This document shows, in pieces, positions 29,730 through 38,669 of a DNA stretch of 38,669 nucleotides; within the stretch, counting starts at the first letter, position 1, and each line of letters opens with the position of its first letter. The position numbers and the translations under genes are program-made. Origin of the DNA: Candidatus Aenigmatarchaeota archaeon (lineage in GTDB: Archaea; Aenigmatarchaeota; Aenigmatarchaeia; QMZS01); assembly GCA_030614705.1 (NCBI GenBank), contig JAUWTN010000003.1:1-38669 (forward strand). The letters are read 5' to 3'. The notes beneath the pieces are model-generated. The model did not search any database and was not told the origin of the DNA. It was given only the letters and a program-made list of their open reading frames with translations.

Positions 29730-31934
29730 TTAATTCTTTAATTTATCATGGAACTGCGCTATCTTCACAAGTATGTGGGGATTGCCATCTTCATGCCGTT
29801 CATATTCCGATAAAAGTTTTATATAATATTCCTTAGCAGTTTCATAATTCCCTGAACTTATTAAGGTATCTATATAATTAATAAGTCGATTTATTTTTTC
29901 ATCTCTGGTTACTGGTTCTTCTTCCTGCGCTGGTTTAGTTATATTGAGTTTATTAATTGATAAATGGGATTTTCCTCTTCTACAATCAGATTTTATTTCT
30001 CTTGGTTCACTTCCAGTTGGTTCCAATTTATCTTCAATTTTATCATCCACGGATTTTGACAAGTCAACAAGCGCAACTTCAAAATCCAAAAACTTTTTCT
30101 CAATATATTCCTTGTCTAAATTTACCTTTTCATAAACTTCTTTTTGCTTCCGTTCTGTATCTCTTTCAAGTTTTTTATCAAGATATTCCTTAAATTCTGT
30201 TTTTAACAAATCCACTCTCGCAGTTAGTTCTTTATCCTTTTTGTCTTTATAGACATACAAATTATTTATTTTATTTGTAATCTCTTCCAGTTGATTTTTA
30301 TATGAATTTTTTAAAGCCTGTAGGTCTGCAGCATTATTATCCACCTTTGTATTTAATTCCAAACTAATGGTATTCAAATTATCAATCACTTTGAAATCCA
30401 CCATACCTTCGAGATTTTTAGTTAATCCTAAATTAACTGATTTTAATTCATTTATTTTGTTATTAATTTCTGATTGCTCTTCGGTTACAGAATTTAATTT
30501 GGACTTAAAATCATCAATATTCCCTCCTGAATTGCCTTCAAATTCATTCATTTTTTTGTCAAACTCCTGCAATTTAGAATTATACTCTGTAAGTTTATTC
30601 TCTAAATTTGATTTAACCAATTCAGGCAAACCATTTAAGTTATCTTCAAATTTTTTCTTTAATGATTCCACATCAGTGTTTGAAATTCCGCCCAATTTAT
30701 CTAATTTTACATTGGTCTCCGAATTAAGAGTTTTTAATTCTGAAGTAACTAATTTTAAATCTGTTAAATCATCTGCGACTTTGGAATGTTCTTTTTCCGC
30801 AAAAGATATCTTATTTTTAACATCTCTCAAATCCTCTTTATAACCATCAAGTTCTGCTACTGCTGAAGAAATGTCTGATAATTTTTCCTTGATTGTTTCT
30901 TCTGTTTTCTTATCTATCTTCGCATTAATATCAGACAAATGGCGATTATATTCCGCAAGCTTGTCATTTAAATCAGATTTAATTATCTTAGGTAAATCCT
31001 CTTTTAACTCGGGCAAATCCATCACCTTGTTTCTTATAAGCTCTTTAAGCACTTCCACGTCTGTTTTTGTGCCTCCGGCAATTTTCTTGTTAACATCCCC
31101 CACAATATCCGCAAGATCTCCTATTTTACTATTTGTATCAAACTTAAACTCCGCCATCTTACCCTCATATTCATTCTTTAATTTTTCCGCATTTTCTTTT
31201 GAAGAAGACTCTTCCACTTTAAGAGCTAACCGGTCAACAGTTCTTAACATCTCTTTAATTGAATCCTCATTCACTTCTATTTTTGAAAGATAGGTTCTCA
31301 TTTTGTTATAAGTTTCTTTCAATTCATAAAATAAAGAATCCACCTTCCCTGCATCTCTCTCTGTTTTTGTTTTTAATTCTTCGATTAAACTTATTTTCTT
31401 ATTTAATTCGTCTGTGATAGCCACCACATCTTTTAATCCCTCTATCTGTTCTACAGAAGAAGATATTGTTGCAAACTTTTTTGAAATTATTGAAACCTTA
31501 TCATTCAGGGATTCTACAACCGCAGTGTTCTTTTCAATTTTTGTATCTTTCTTTTCAAGGTTCTTAAAAATATCATCAAGCTCCAGTTCTTTTGCAACTT
31601 CAGAAATCTTATCAAAATTCTTTTCCAGTTTATTGTAACTCCTGTCACGCTCTATTAAAGAAGATCTTAATTCGCCTATTTTCTCAATTACACTGCTTAT
31701 CTTTTCATTTGTCTCGGGTCTCGTGCTTTCAAGTATCTCCACTCGACCGCCAAGTCTTTCAAGTTTTAATATTGCCTCCTGCAAAGGACCTTCAACATTC
31801 TGAGATTTTGGAATAAAAGAAACCACTTCTTTCTTTTTGAAAAAACCAAATTTCTTCTTTTTTACCTCATCCTCTTTCTTTTCAATATCCCGGAATTCCT
31901 CACCAGTCATCACATTTCCTTCATCTTCTACCAT
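29730..31934 (-). CDS. Long coiled-coil protein (734 aa)
   Basis: E/K/L-rich heptad character throughout, no TM or signal peptide. Starts 2 nt after the stop of the giant ATPase gene. Confidence 0.85.
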   Translation of the reverse strand: MVEDEGNVMTGEEFRDIEKKEDEVKKKKFGFFKKKEVVSFIPKSQNVEGPLQEAILKLERLGGRVEILESTRPETNEKISSVIEKIGELRSSLIERDRSYNKLEKNFDKISEVAKELELDDIFKNLEKKDTKIEKNTAVVESLNDKVSIISKKFATISSSVEQIEGLKDVVAITDELNKKISLIEELKTKTERDAGKVDSLFYELKETYNKMRTYLSKIEVNEDSIKEMLRTVDRLALKVEESSSKENAEKLKNEYEGKMAEFKFDTNSKIGDLADIVGDVNKKIAGGTKTDVEVLKELIRNKVMDLPELKEDLPKIIKSDLNDKLAEYNRHLSDINAKIDKKTEETIKEKLSDISSAVAELDGYKEDLRDVKNKISFAEKEHSKVADDLTDLKLVTSELKTLNSETNVKLDKLGGISNTDVESLKKKFEDNLNGLPELVKSNLENKLTEYNSKLQEFDKKMNEFEGNSGGNIDDFKSKLNSVTEEQSEINNKINELKSVNLGLTKNLEGMVDFKVIDNLNTISLELNTKVDNNAADLQALKNSYKNQLEEITNKINNLYVYKDKKDKELTARVDLLKTEFKEYLDKKLERDTERKQKEVYEKVNLDKEYIEKKFLDFEVALVDLSKSVDDKIEDKLEPTGSEPREIKSDCRRGKSHLSINKLNITKPAQEEEPVTRDEKINRLINYIDTLISSGNYETAKEYYIKLLSEYERHEDGNPHILVKIAQFHDKLKN

Positions 31935-31936
31935 AA

Positions 31937-34900
31937 TCAGACTTTCTCAAGCGACTTCTCAAGCGAAGTTATATATATCTCAACCATTCTGAAATTTCCT
32001 GTCTTAAGTTTTTTCATAGCAAGTTTAAAGTCAAGTTCATAATCCTCAGTATATATCTTGCGTTCTTTCAAATCCTTTATCTTGGCTTCAATAACTTTTA
32101 ATTTTTCTATATTGGTTTTGTATAAACTCAACTCAGCTTCAGTAATTTTATGCGGGTCATGTTTTGTTGGTCTGAACTCAACAAAGAAAGGTTTACCATC
32201 ATTATATTTTGGATATTGCATTAACCCTGCGCCAACACCCATCCTAGTAATTCTCTGCGAATATTGCTCGCCATATTTTGTTTTTACTTTTTCTATATCC
32301 ACCAAAGATTTTGTATTTAACTGGATTTCTGTAAGAACATTACCCGATATCGCTGATTTAAAGTCCGCCAATACCTGAGAACACATTATAATTCCAATAC
32401 CCCACTTCCTGAATTCCCTCGCTGCTTTTTCAAGAGCAACATAACCTCCAGTCCCCCCATATTTTTCAAGCAACCTATGAACTTCATCAAAAACGAGCAA
32501 TAATTTTAAATCTGAAGATTCTTCCCAAGTCTCTCCAAAAATGGATTTAATTATGTGGTCAACGGCTTTATCATATTCCCCGGGTTTTAATTTATTCAAA
32601 CAAAAAATTGTTATTTCGCCAGAGTTTATGAATTCTTTTATTTTTAATTCAAAGTCTGGTTTTTCAACATCATAAATCAATCCTGGATATGATTTTATAT
32701 CAAAATCACTCATACCAAATTCCTTATATTTCCTTGTGAGATTTGAATCTTTGCACGCCTTCACAAAACCAGTCCATTGCGCTGTTGGGTCAAAAACAAT
32801 TACAGGAATATTTTTATCAAGAGCTTCTTCAGCAATTACAGAAGCGGATACAGATTTCCCGGCTCCTGTTGCCCCAGCGGATATAAGGTGTGTTGTTAAA
32901 TCTTTAGGGTCGAAATAACAATAATTATCAGTTCCTGCAAATTTTCCAATTTTAAATCCTTCCCTCGGAACTTTCTTGTAATCCAAAGGATATAAATATC
33001 TTTGTTCTTTTTCCTTTTCTTTTTTCCAGATAAGATAATAACGCCAGATATAAGTCCCTCCTACGATTATACCGGTTAATAATGCCATTAAAATCAATCC
33101 AACCATCCAGGGTGATTCAAACAATGGTCTGACTACTTCGAAGGTTTCTACATCCATAATCCCTCTATCATAATATATTGCCCAAACTTCTAAATTATAG
33201 AAGCCTTTTTCAGTAATATCCAGCGGTATGTCCTCTCTTACTATCTTTGTGGTCTCTAAAATTACTGAAGTATTCACCTCACTCACCACTTTTCCGGTTT
33301 TCTGCTCTTTAATTATATAAGTTAAATTTATTGGCAACAACTTCTTTTCTCCAAGATTGATTAACTTAACAAGGAATTCAAGATTATCCCCGGGATTTAT
33401 TTCTTTTGTTGCAAGTTCCAGTTCAACAGAGAACACTGCGGTTGCTTTTTCAAGAACCGTAATCGAAATTGGAACATTCTTCGTTTGATCTCTCGCCTTG
33501 ATTACAATATTCCCTGTATAAATCCCGGTGCTTTGGTTTAAAGGAACTGTAAGATAAAGGGGTATCTCTTCTGTTGAATCCGGGGTTATAACTTTTCTTG
33601 TAGAACCCAAACTCAAAATCTCTTTCAAAGTTCCTGTAATTTCAAGACCCGTATCAATATCAGAACTCATTCTGCTCTTTAAAGAAAGTTGATAATTTCT
33701 TGAATCTCCCTGAAATATTCTTACATTGGCGAGATTAGTATCCACAATTAAAGGGAAATCATCCAAAGGACAATCCTGAGGACAGTTCTGGTAATTTTCG
33801 CCAACTTCGCAAACCCCATCCCCGCAAGTTGAAATTTCTAAATCAATTGTAGTGGTTCCGCCTGACGAACTTCCGCTAGGTGAACTTGTACCTGGATCAA
33901 CAGGTGGAGTATAATAATATCCGCTGCAATCAATCAAAGACTCACCAGAATAACAAGATTCCGCAATAATAAATGCAGAAAGCTCTGAAGTATTAAATTC
34001 AAATACATTGCCTGAAGGATCAAAATTTCTATCTAGATAATCAGAACTGGAATTGCATTGTTGAGCCGCATAATTCCAATCATGGCACACAAGAACTTCA
34101 AGATTATTTACATTTTTTATGGTCTTACCTGCAATTATTGCTGATGCAAGTGCCTGCTCAAAATCAATAGTAAAATCCACATTCTCAGTTAAATTTGTCT
34201 CAATTACAATACCTAATAAAACCGTCCCTACAGTATTGGGTAATCCTGCATGCACTAAAGGAAGACTTGTATAATTTGGATAATAATCAAACTTAAAAGG
34301 ATTATTGGTGTTATTGGAATTATTGAAATCAGCATCGCGCAAAACTATTTCCTGGCCGAACAAATCAACCTTCACATCATATTTTCTTTTATGTAATGTC
34401 CAGTTATATATCTCGCTGGTCTTCGTGTTATTTTCATGTATTCTATAAAGCTCATCCAAATCACACCCTTCCCTGTAAAAAGTAAAGTTTGCATCTATAG
34501 GAATTCCATCAGGGTCTATCAAATTGCCTGAAACCTGCACAGGGATATAAATATCAAACCATCCTGTTTTATTGCTCTCAACATTTCCTGCAGTAGTATC
34601 ATTTGCGTAAACAATTATATCATAATCTCCTGTATATTCGGGTCTTGAAAAATTGAAAACAAAATTTCTCTTATCAAATTCATTTTCAGCTGAAAGATAA
34701 GTTTCAGTATAATTACTTAAACCTAAATTCCATGATTGTCCGCTGTTGGTGTGGGTTACCTTAGCGTTCACAGAACTTATATTTTTGTTATCGGTTATAT
34801 TTACTTCAAAAGTTATATAATCTTGAGTATAAGTGTTATTGTTAATGAAATCAGCAGTTATATTTGAAAACCATGGCGAAATAGAATCAACATAGATTAC

Positions 34901-37900
34901 TGCGTCTTCTTCCAAATCAGACAACACCACACCATTCACTTCATAGGTTCCAGTAACTTTCAAATCATTCTCAATTATATTATTAGTAACATTTGGGGCT
35001 GTGCAATTAATATGCCATAACTCATTGCCCGAATGATATGAATAATTAACAACATTGCAATTACTCCCTCCAACTAAAACTGCCCAACTCATATTTTCAG
35101 TAACAGAAGTGCTTCCAGACAAAGCTCTTACACTAAGCTCTAAAGTATCATTTACATTCACATCTGCAACCGGAGTTGTCCCGTTTGGACTGATAATATC
35201 CACAGTAAAATTAATTATTTCAAAGAAGATTGAAATATTTATAAAATCAGGAGCATCTGAATCCAGATTCTCAACTTTAAGAGTATAATTATAAGTCCCC
35301 ACTGCATCAGGACCAACACTTGTATTATAAAATATTTCAACAATTCTTTCCGTATTATTGGTCACAGTAATCGAAAGTTGAGTTGCCTTGTTGGTATCAT
35401 TTAAAGTAAGATATTCTGCAGTTGTTCCTGAATTTACAGTAATTGATAAATTAAAATCGAAGTTTTCATCTTTTATATTATCAATCCCAATTTCGCCTAA
35501 TTTATTTACCTCTGCTTTCAAACCAACGGTTTTATTTAATGTTAAAGGTGCTGCATCCCAATCCAAAGGAGTTATATTCAAAGTAAACGGCAATATCTTT
35601 AAACAATCCAGACAATTGCTGACATTTGCAGTAATATTTAAATTATAAACTCCTATCCAGGAAGTGCCTAAAGTTGAAGCATTTACAGTCATTAATATTG
35701 TTTCTTCCCCCCCGCGATCTAAATTAAAATTATTGTTGCTGAAAGTTATCAGGTTTATAAAAGTTGAAGAATTATCTCCTGTCAGGTTTATAACCGCATT
35801 TGTTAAATTTACATTACCGTAATTCTGTATTGTAAAATTTGTTGTTCTGTCTGAAGATATTGGCACAGAAAGAGAAAGACTGTTTTCAACAAATTCCAAT
35901 TGTTTGTTTGGCTCAACAAAAATTGTTATATTTTTATTAACTGTGTCATAAGTAGCATCTCCGTTTTGCCAGGTAACATTAAACCATATCGTCCTGTTTC
36001 CGGTATCCGCTTCCGAAGTTATTGTTATATTAAATAAGTTTGTGCAATTCTCTCCAGTCCGGATTGGATCGCAAACAAGTTCCTGGATATATATCCCCGC
36101 AATAGAAGAAATATTTATAACTGGACTGTACATGTCCCCAGTCCCATTATTTATTAAAACAAAAGTCATGTTTTGCGTAATATTGTAAACAATGGTGAGA
36201 TTTGATGCTTCAAGATATTCGGGGGTTAAATTTAATTCCGCGGTGGTGTTGCCTCCTTCCACAATAGCCTCAACCACCATACTATCAACTCCCGCAACAT
36301 TATAAAAAATATTTGATTGGTCAGTTATATTGCAGGAAAAAGGGTAAGTATCAGCTCCATATATCTGCGATTCCTTAACTGCGATTCCCTGCGAATTTGT
36401 TGTGTTATTTCCTATATACAAAGTGGTTAAATTATAAAAATCCACTGAATAATCAACAATTCCATCATAAGTATAATTATCCGCCACCATACACTGCAAA
36501 GATAAACTCGCGTTTACCATGCATCTGTATTGCCAGATGCCTGTTGTTGAATTAAGAGTGCAATAATCAGAATCAATTGTCAGATTCTTCACATAAGAGA
36601 ATCCTGTTAAATTAAAATATCTTATTTCTGAATCAGATTCATAAAACGGTTTTTCCGCGTCCGCAATTATTTTCCTTCTCCCAACATTTTCTGTTCCTCC
36701 CAATAAATAAGTATCATTAACAAGTCCGCTGATGCTTTTTCTATGGGTTAAATTTAATTGAGTTGGATTTCCTGAATGGAAATTTACGCAAGCCCCATCA
36801 TCATCCACAAAGCAGATATAATTTATCTGGGCATAAGTCATATCCATAGCATTTTGCTCATGCTCATATTCATTTAGAATAACAGAAATATTTTCAGCTG
36901 AAGAATAAGAACCCGAACAGGTGGCCACAGTCCAGGGTTCTTCAGAAGAATTATAACCCCCATAATTATTCACTAAAGGAGTCAAACCGCATAACACACC
37001 CCCTATTTTTAACTGAAAATCTCCATGATAAGTGCCATCAAAAAACTCACCCCATGCCTTATAACTTATATTTATCTTATCTGTTTTTGTGATATTTGAA
37101 AGATTTTGGAACAATTCCACACCCCCTCCATCCCCAGATAAATCCGCAAAAAAGGTTTCATTCTCAAAGGAAACATTTGATACGCAATCATCACATGAAG
37201 AAACAGTCCACAAAGAAAAATCAGTGGAATCAAAACCCGCATTTAAAATATTATATCCAACATCATTTGTTGACGGATTGCTGTCTTTTAAATTTATTTC
37301 CAAAGTTTTGCTGGCGCTCGCAGTCAGGTTTATTAAAAAAACTAATTCGGTTAGATTATCCAGATATACCCGACTATTATTCAATTCTGATTTTGCTGTT
37401 GAAGTCCAGGGATAAACTGAAAAAGGTATTGTCGCTCCATCCATCCTAAGCTGAGTATTATTTAATTTCCAGTCAATTAATTCAAAATCACCATCCGCAA
37501 AAAAACTTCCATTCAAAATTATTGGGTAATTTACTCTGTCCCTTCCTGAAGTATCTTCAATAGTTACATTAAGCCTATATTTATTTACAAGATACCAACT
37601 CACGTTTGCGCCGCCAACACTTTGCCCGCAATTATCTTTCACTGAAGAATTTATACTTAAATTTTGTCCTTTATAATAACTTCCGGTTTCTAAAGGCGAC
37701 AGGATTGTTAAATTTAATCTGCCCATCAGGAATACTGATTTATTGGTCTGATTATTGGAAATATTATAATAATTATCAGCGCCGGTTTTATTAATTATTA
37801 CTATTAATATACTTTGTCCAACATTAAAACTGCTTGAACTATTATATTCCAGAGAACATCCTCCTGAAGAATTTGTCGAACTGTTCCCAATTGGTGTGGA

Positions 37901-38668
37901 GGTATTATCCATATAGAAAGAACAATTGTAGCCTGATTCTTCTGCAGGCGACCCATACAAATTTAATAACCTTGCATGAAAAATAGTGGATTCATTTTTG
38001 TAAAAAGAAAAATTAATCGGGTTGGTTATTTCAGGATGAATACTCCCCCTGATGGTTATATTTAATTCTGTTGAATTTCCTTCATTGTAATAAGGGTCAT
38101 TAAATATACCTATCTTCCAATTTGAATGTCCTAAAGAAAAATTCTGATTTGGTGTGAAATTAAAATTACAGAATCCACTTGCGTTTGACTGCGTATAATT
38201 TGCAAAAACACCCCCAACCCATAAAGAACAATTTGCGCCTTCAACACAATCCGAAGAATTTGTATTATTAACAAAAACAGAAAGAAAGATTGACTCGTTC
38301 CTAAAAACAAGAGAATTATTTCCTGAACCTAAAGAGCCATTGTAGATTACAGAAATCTCATGCTCAAATATATTGAAATTTATAATTGTTGTGTTGCTTA
38401 CGCTATGGAACTTCTGGGAAAGATTGCTCTGATTGCAATCGAAATATTCGAACAAGAACCTGCTTGTCCCTGTCCAGTTTTTATCTGAAGTTAAATTAAA
38501 TTCCACAGACTCATTGCCTACGTTTTTTAGACCTTTATTCACCCAATTCCCTGTCTGATTTTCAAAAACCCAGAGTGTTAAATTAGTTATATCCCCATCA
38601 ATATCCGATACATTAAGTGAAAAAGTGAAATTAGTGCCCCAGATTCCTGAATAAGGAGTGAGATCAAT
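31937..38668 (-). CDS. Giant surface protein fused to a C-terminal HerA/VirB4-like (DUF87-type) ATPase; 5' end outside the window
   Basis: Frame is open to the window edge (at least 2243 aa). Sequon-rich ectodomain, CGDGVC...CPQDC module, one TM helix, Walker A GATGAGKS (32852-32875), VIVFDP, Walker B LVFDEVH and REFRKWGIGIIMCSQ. Confidence 0.9.
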   Translation of the reverse strand: MDLTPYSGIWGTNFTFSLNVSDIDGDITNLTLWVFENQTGNWVNKGLKNVGNESVEFNLTSDKNWTGTSRFLFEYFDCNQSNLSQKFHSVSNTTIINFNIFEHEISVIYNGSLGSGNNSLVFRNESIFLSVFVNNTNSSDCVEGANCSLWVGGVFANYTQSNASGFCNFNFTPNQNFSLGHSNWKIGIFNDPYYNEGNSTELNITIRGSIHPEITNPINFSFYKNESTIFHARLLNLYGSPAEESGYNCSFYMDNTSTPIGNSSTNSSGGCSLEYNSSSSFNVGQSILIVIINKTGADNYYNISNNQTNKSVFLMGRLNLTILSPLETGSYYKGQNLSINSSVKDNCGQSVGGANVSWYLVNKYRLNVTIEDTSGRDRVNYPIILNGSFFADGDFELIDWKLNNTQLRMDGATIPFSVYPWTSTAKSELNNSRVYLDNLTELVFLINLTASASKTLEINLKDSNPSTNDVGYNILNAGFDSTDFSLWTVSSCDDCVSNVSFENETFFADLSGDGGGVELFQNLSNITKTDKINISYKAWGEFFDGTYHGDFQLKIGGVLCGLTPLVNNYGGYNSSEEPWTVATCSGSYSSAENISVILNEYEHEQNAMDMTYAQINYICFVDDDGACVNFHSGNPTQLNLTHRKSISGLVNDTYLLGGTENVGRRKIIADAEKPFYESDSEIRYFNLTGFSYVKNLTIDSDYCTLNSTTGIWQYRCMVNASLSLQCMVADNYTYDGIVDYSVDFYNLTTLYIGNNTTNSQGIAVKESQIYGADTYPFSCNITDQSNIFYNVAGVDSMVVEAIVEGGNTTAELNLTPEYLEASNLTIVYNITQNMTFVLINNGTGDMYSPVINISSIAGIYIQELVCDPIRTGENCTNLFNITITSEADTGNRTIWFNVTWQNGDATYDTVNKNITIFVEPNKQLEFVENSLSLSVPISSDRTTNFTIQNYGNVNLTNAVINLTGDNSSTFINLITFSNNNFNLDRGGEETILMTVNASTLGTSWIGVYNLNITANVSNCLDCLKILPFTLNITPLDWDAAPLTLNKTVGLKAEVNKLGEIGIDNIKDENFDFNLSITVNSGTTAEYLTLNDTNKATQLSITVTNNTERIVEIFYNTSVGPDAVGTYNYTLKVENLDSDAPDFINISIFFEIINFTVDIISPNGTTPVADVNVNDTLELSVRALSGSTSVTENMSWAVLVGGSNCNVVNYSYHSGNELWHINCTAPNVTNNIIENDLKVTGTYEVNGVVLSDLEEDAVIYVDSISPWFSNITADFINNNTYTQDYITFEVNITDNKNISSVNAKVTHTNSGQSWNLGLSNYTETYLSAENEFDKRNFVFNFSRPEYTGDYDIIVYANDTTAGNVESNKTGWFDIYIPVQVSGNLIDPDGIPIDANFTFYREGCDLDELYRIHENNTKTSEIYNWTLHKRKYDVKVDLFGQEIVLRDADFNNSNNTNNPFKFDYYPNYTSLPLVHAGLPNTVGTVLLGIVIETNLTENVDFTIDFEQALASAIIAGKTIKNVNNLEVLVCHDWNYAAQQCNSSSDYLDRNFDPSGNVFEFNTSELSAFIIAESCYSGESLIDCSGYYYTPPVDPGTSSPSGSSSGGTTTIDLEISTCGDGVCEVGENYQNCPQDCPLDDFPLIVDTNLANVRIFQGDSRNYQLSLKSRMSSDIDTGLEITGTLKEILSLGSTRKVITPDSTEEIPLYLTVPLNQSTGIYTGNIVIKARDQTKNVPISITVLEKATAVFSVELELATKEINPGDNLEFLVKLINLGEKKLLPINLTYIIKEQKTGKVVSEVNTSVILETTKIVREDIPLDITEKGFYNLEVWAIYYDRGIMDVETFEVVRPLFESPWMVGLILMALLTGIIVGGTYIWRYYLIWKKEKEKEQRYLYPLDYKKVPREGFKIGKFAGTDNYCYFDPKDLTTHLISAGATGAGKSVSASVIAEEALDKNIPVIVFDPTAQWTGFVKACKDSNLTRKYKEFGMSDFDIKSYPGLIYDVEKPDFELKIKEFINSGEITIFCLNKLKPGEYDKAVDHIIKSIFGETWEESSDLKLLLVFDEVHRLLEKYGGTGGYVALEKAAREFRKWGIGIIMCSQVLADFKSAISGNVLTEIQLNTKSLVDIEKVKTKYGEQYSQRITRMGVGAGLMQYPKYNDGKPFFVEFRPTKHDPHKITEAELSLYKTNIEKLKVIEAKIKDLKERKIYTEDYELDFKLAMKKLKTGNFRMVEIYITSLEKSLEKV

Positions 38669-38669
38669 A

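Noticed and set aside
663-37794. Short antisense or alternate-frame ORFs (e.g. 11171-11599, 15608-16072, 30367-30843, 30871-31293, 37096-37449)
   Set aside because: They lie wholly within well-supported genes and have shadow-ORF composition with no motifs.
1-38669. CRISPR array, rRNA or IS element
   Set aside because: No regularly spaced repeats, long non-coding GC-rich tracts or transposase motifs were seen. The window is almost fully coding.

Overview
AT-rich archaeal chromosomal DNA. A DPANN-like lineage is inferred, not proven, from a class I LysRS, archaeal L4/L23 detached from L3/L2, tRNAs with non-canonical bulge-helix-bulge (BHB) introns and mostly SD-less starts. 1-7.8 kb holds a clustered archaeal (Aeropyrum-type) lower mevalonate pathway: IPK (partial), UbiD-type decarboxylase, two-subunit AcnX dehydratase, UbiX and mevalonate kinase. 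Two tandem DUF116-like genes follow it. Next come a divergent aspartokinase with a P-loop kinase, and tRNA-His(GTG) with two introns. 12.1-19.0 kb is a single 2292-codon frame for a giant secreted protein, interrupted by three in-frame stops and no frameshift, and coupled to a membrane-anchored partner. Then come lysS, a divergent class I isoprenoid-synthase-like gene, tRNA-Arg(TCG) with a T-loop intron, a DUF4139 protein, hypothetical genes and rpl4-rpl23. The right end encodes a 1052-aa surface protein, a 734-aa coiled-coil protein and a protein of at least 2243 aa that runs off the window. That protein fuses a giant glycosylated ectodomain, one TM helix and a cytoplasmic HerA/VirB4-type ATPase. 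I saw no CRISPR array, rRNA, transposase or integrase. All family calls are from motif recognition by eye; no searches were run.
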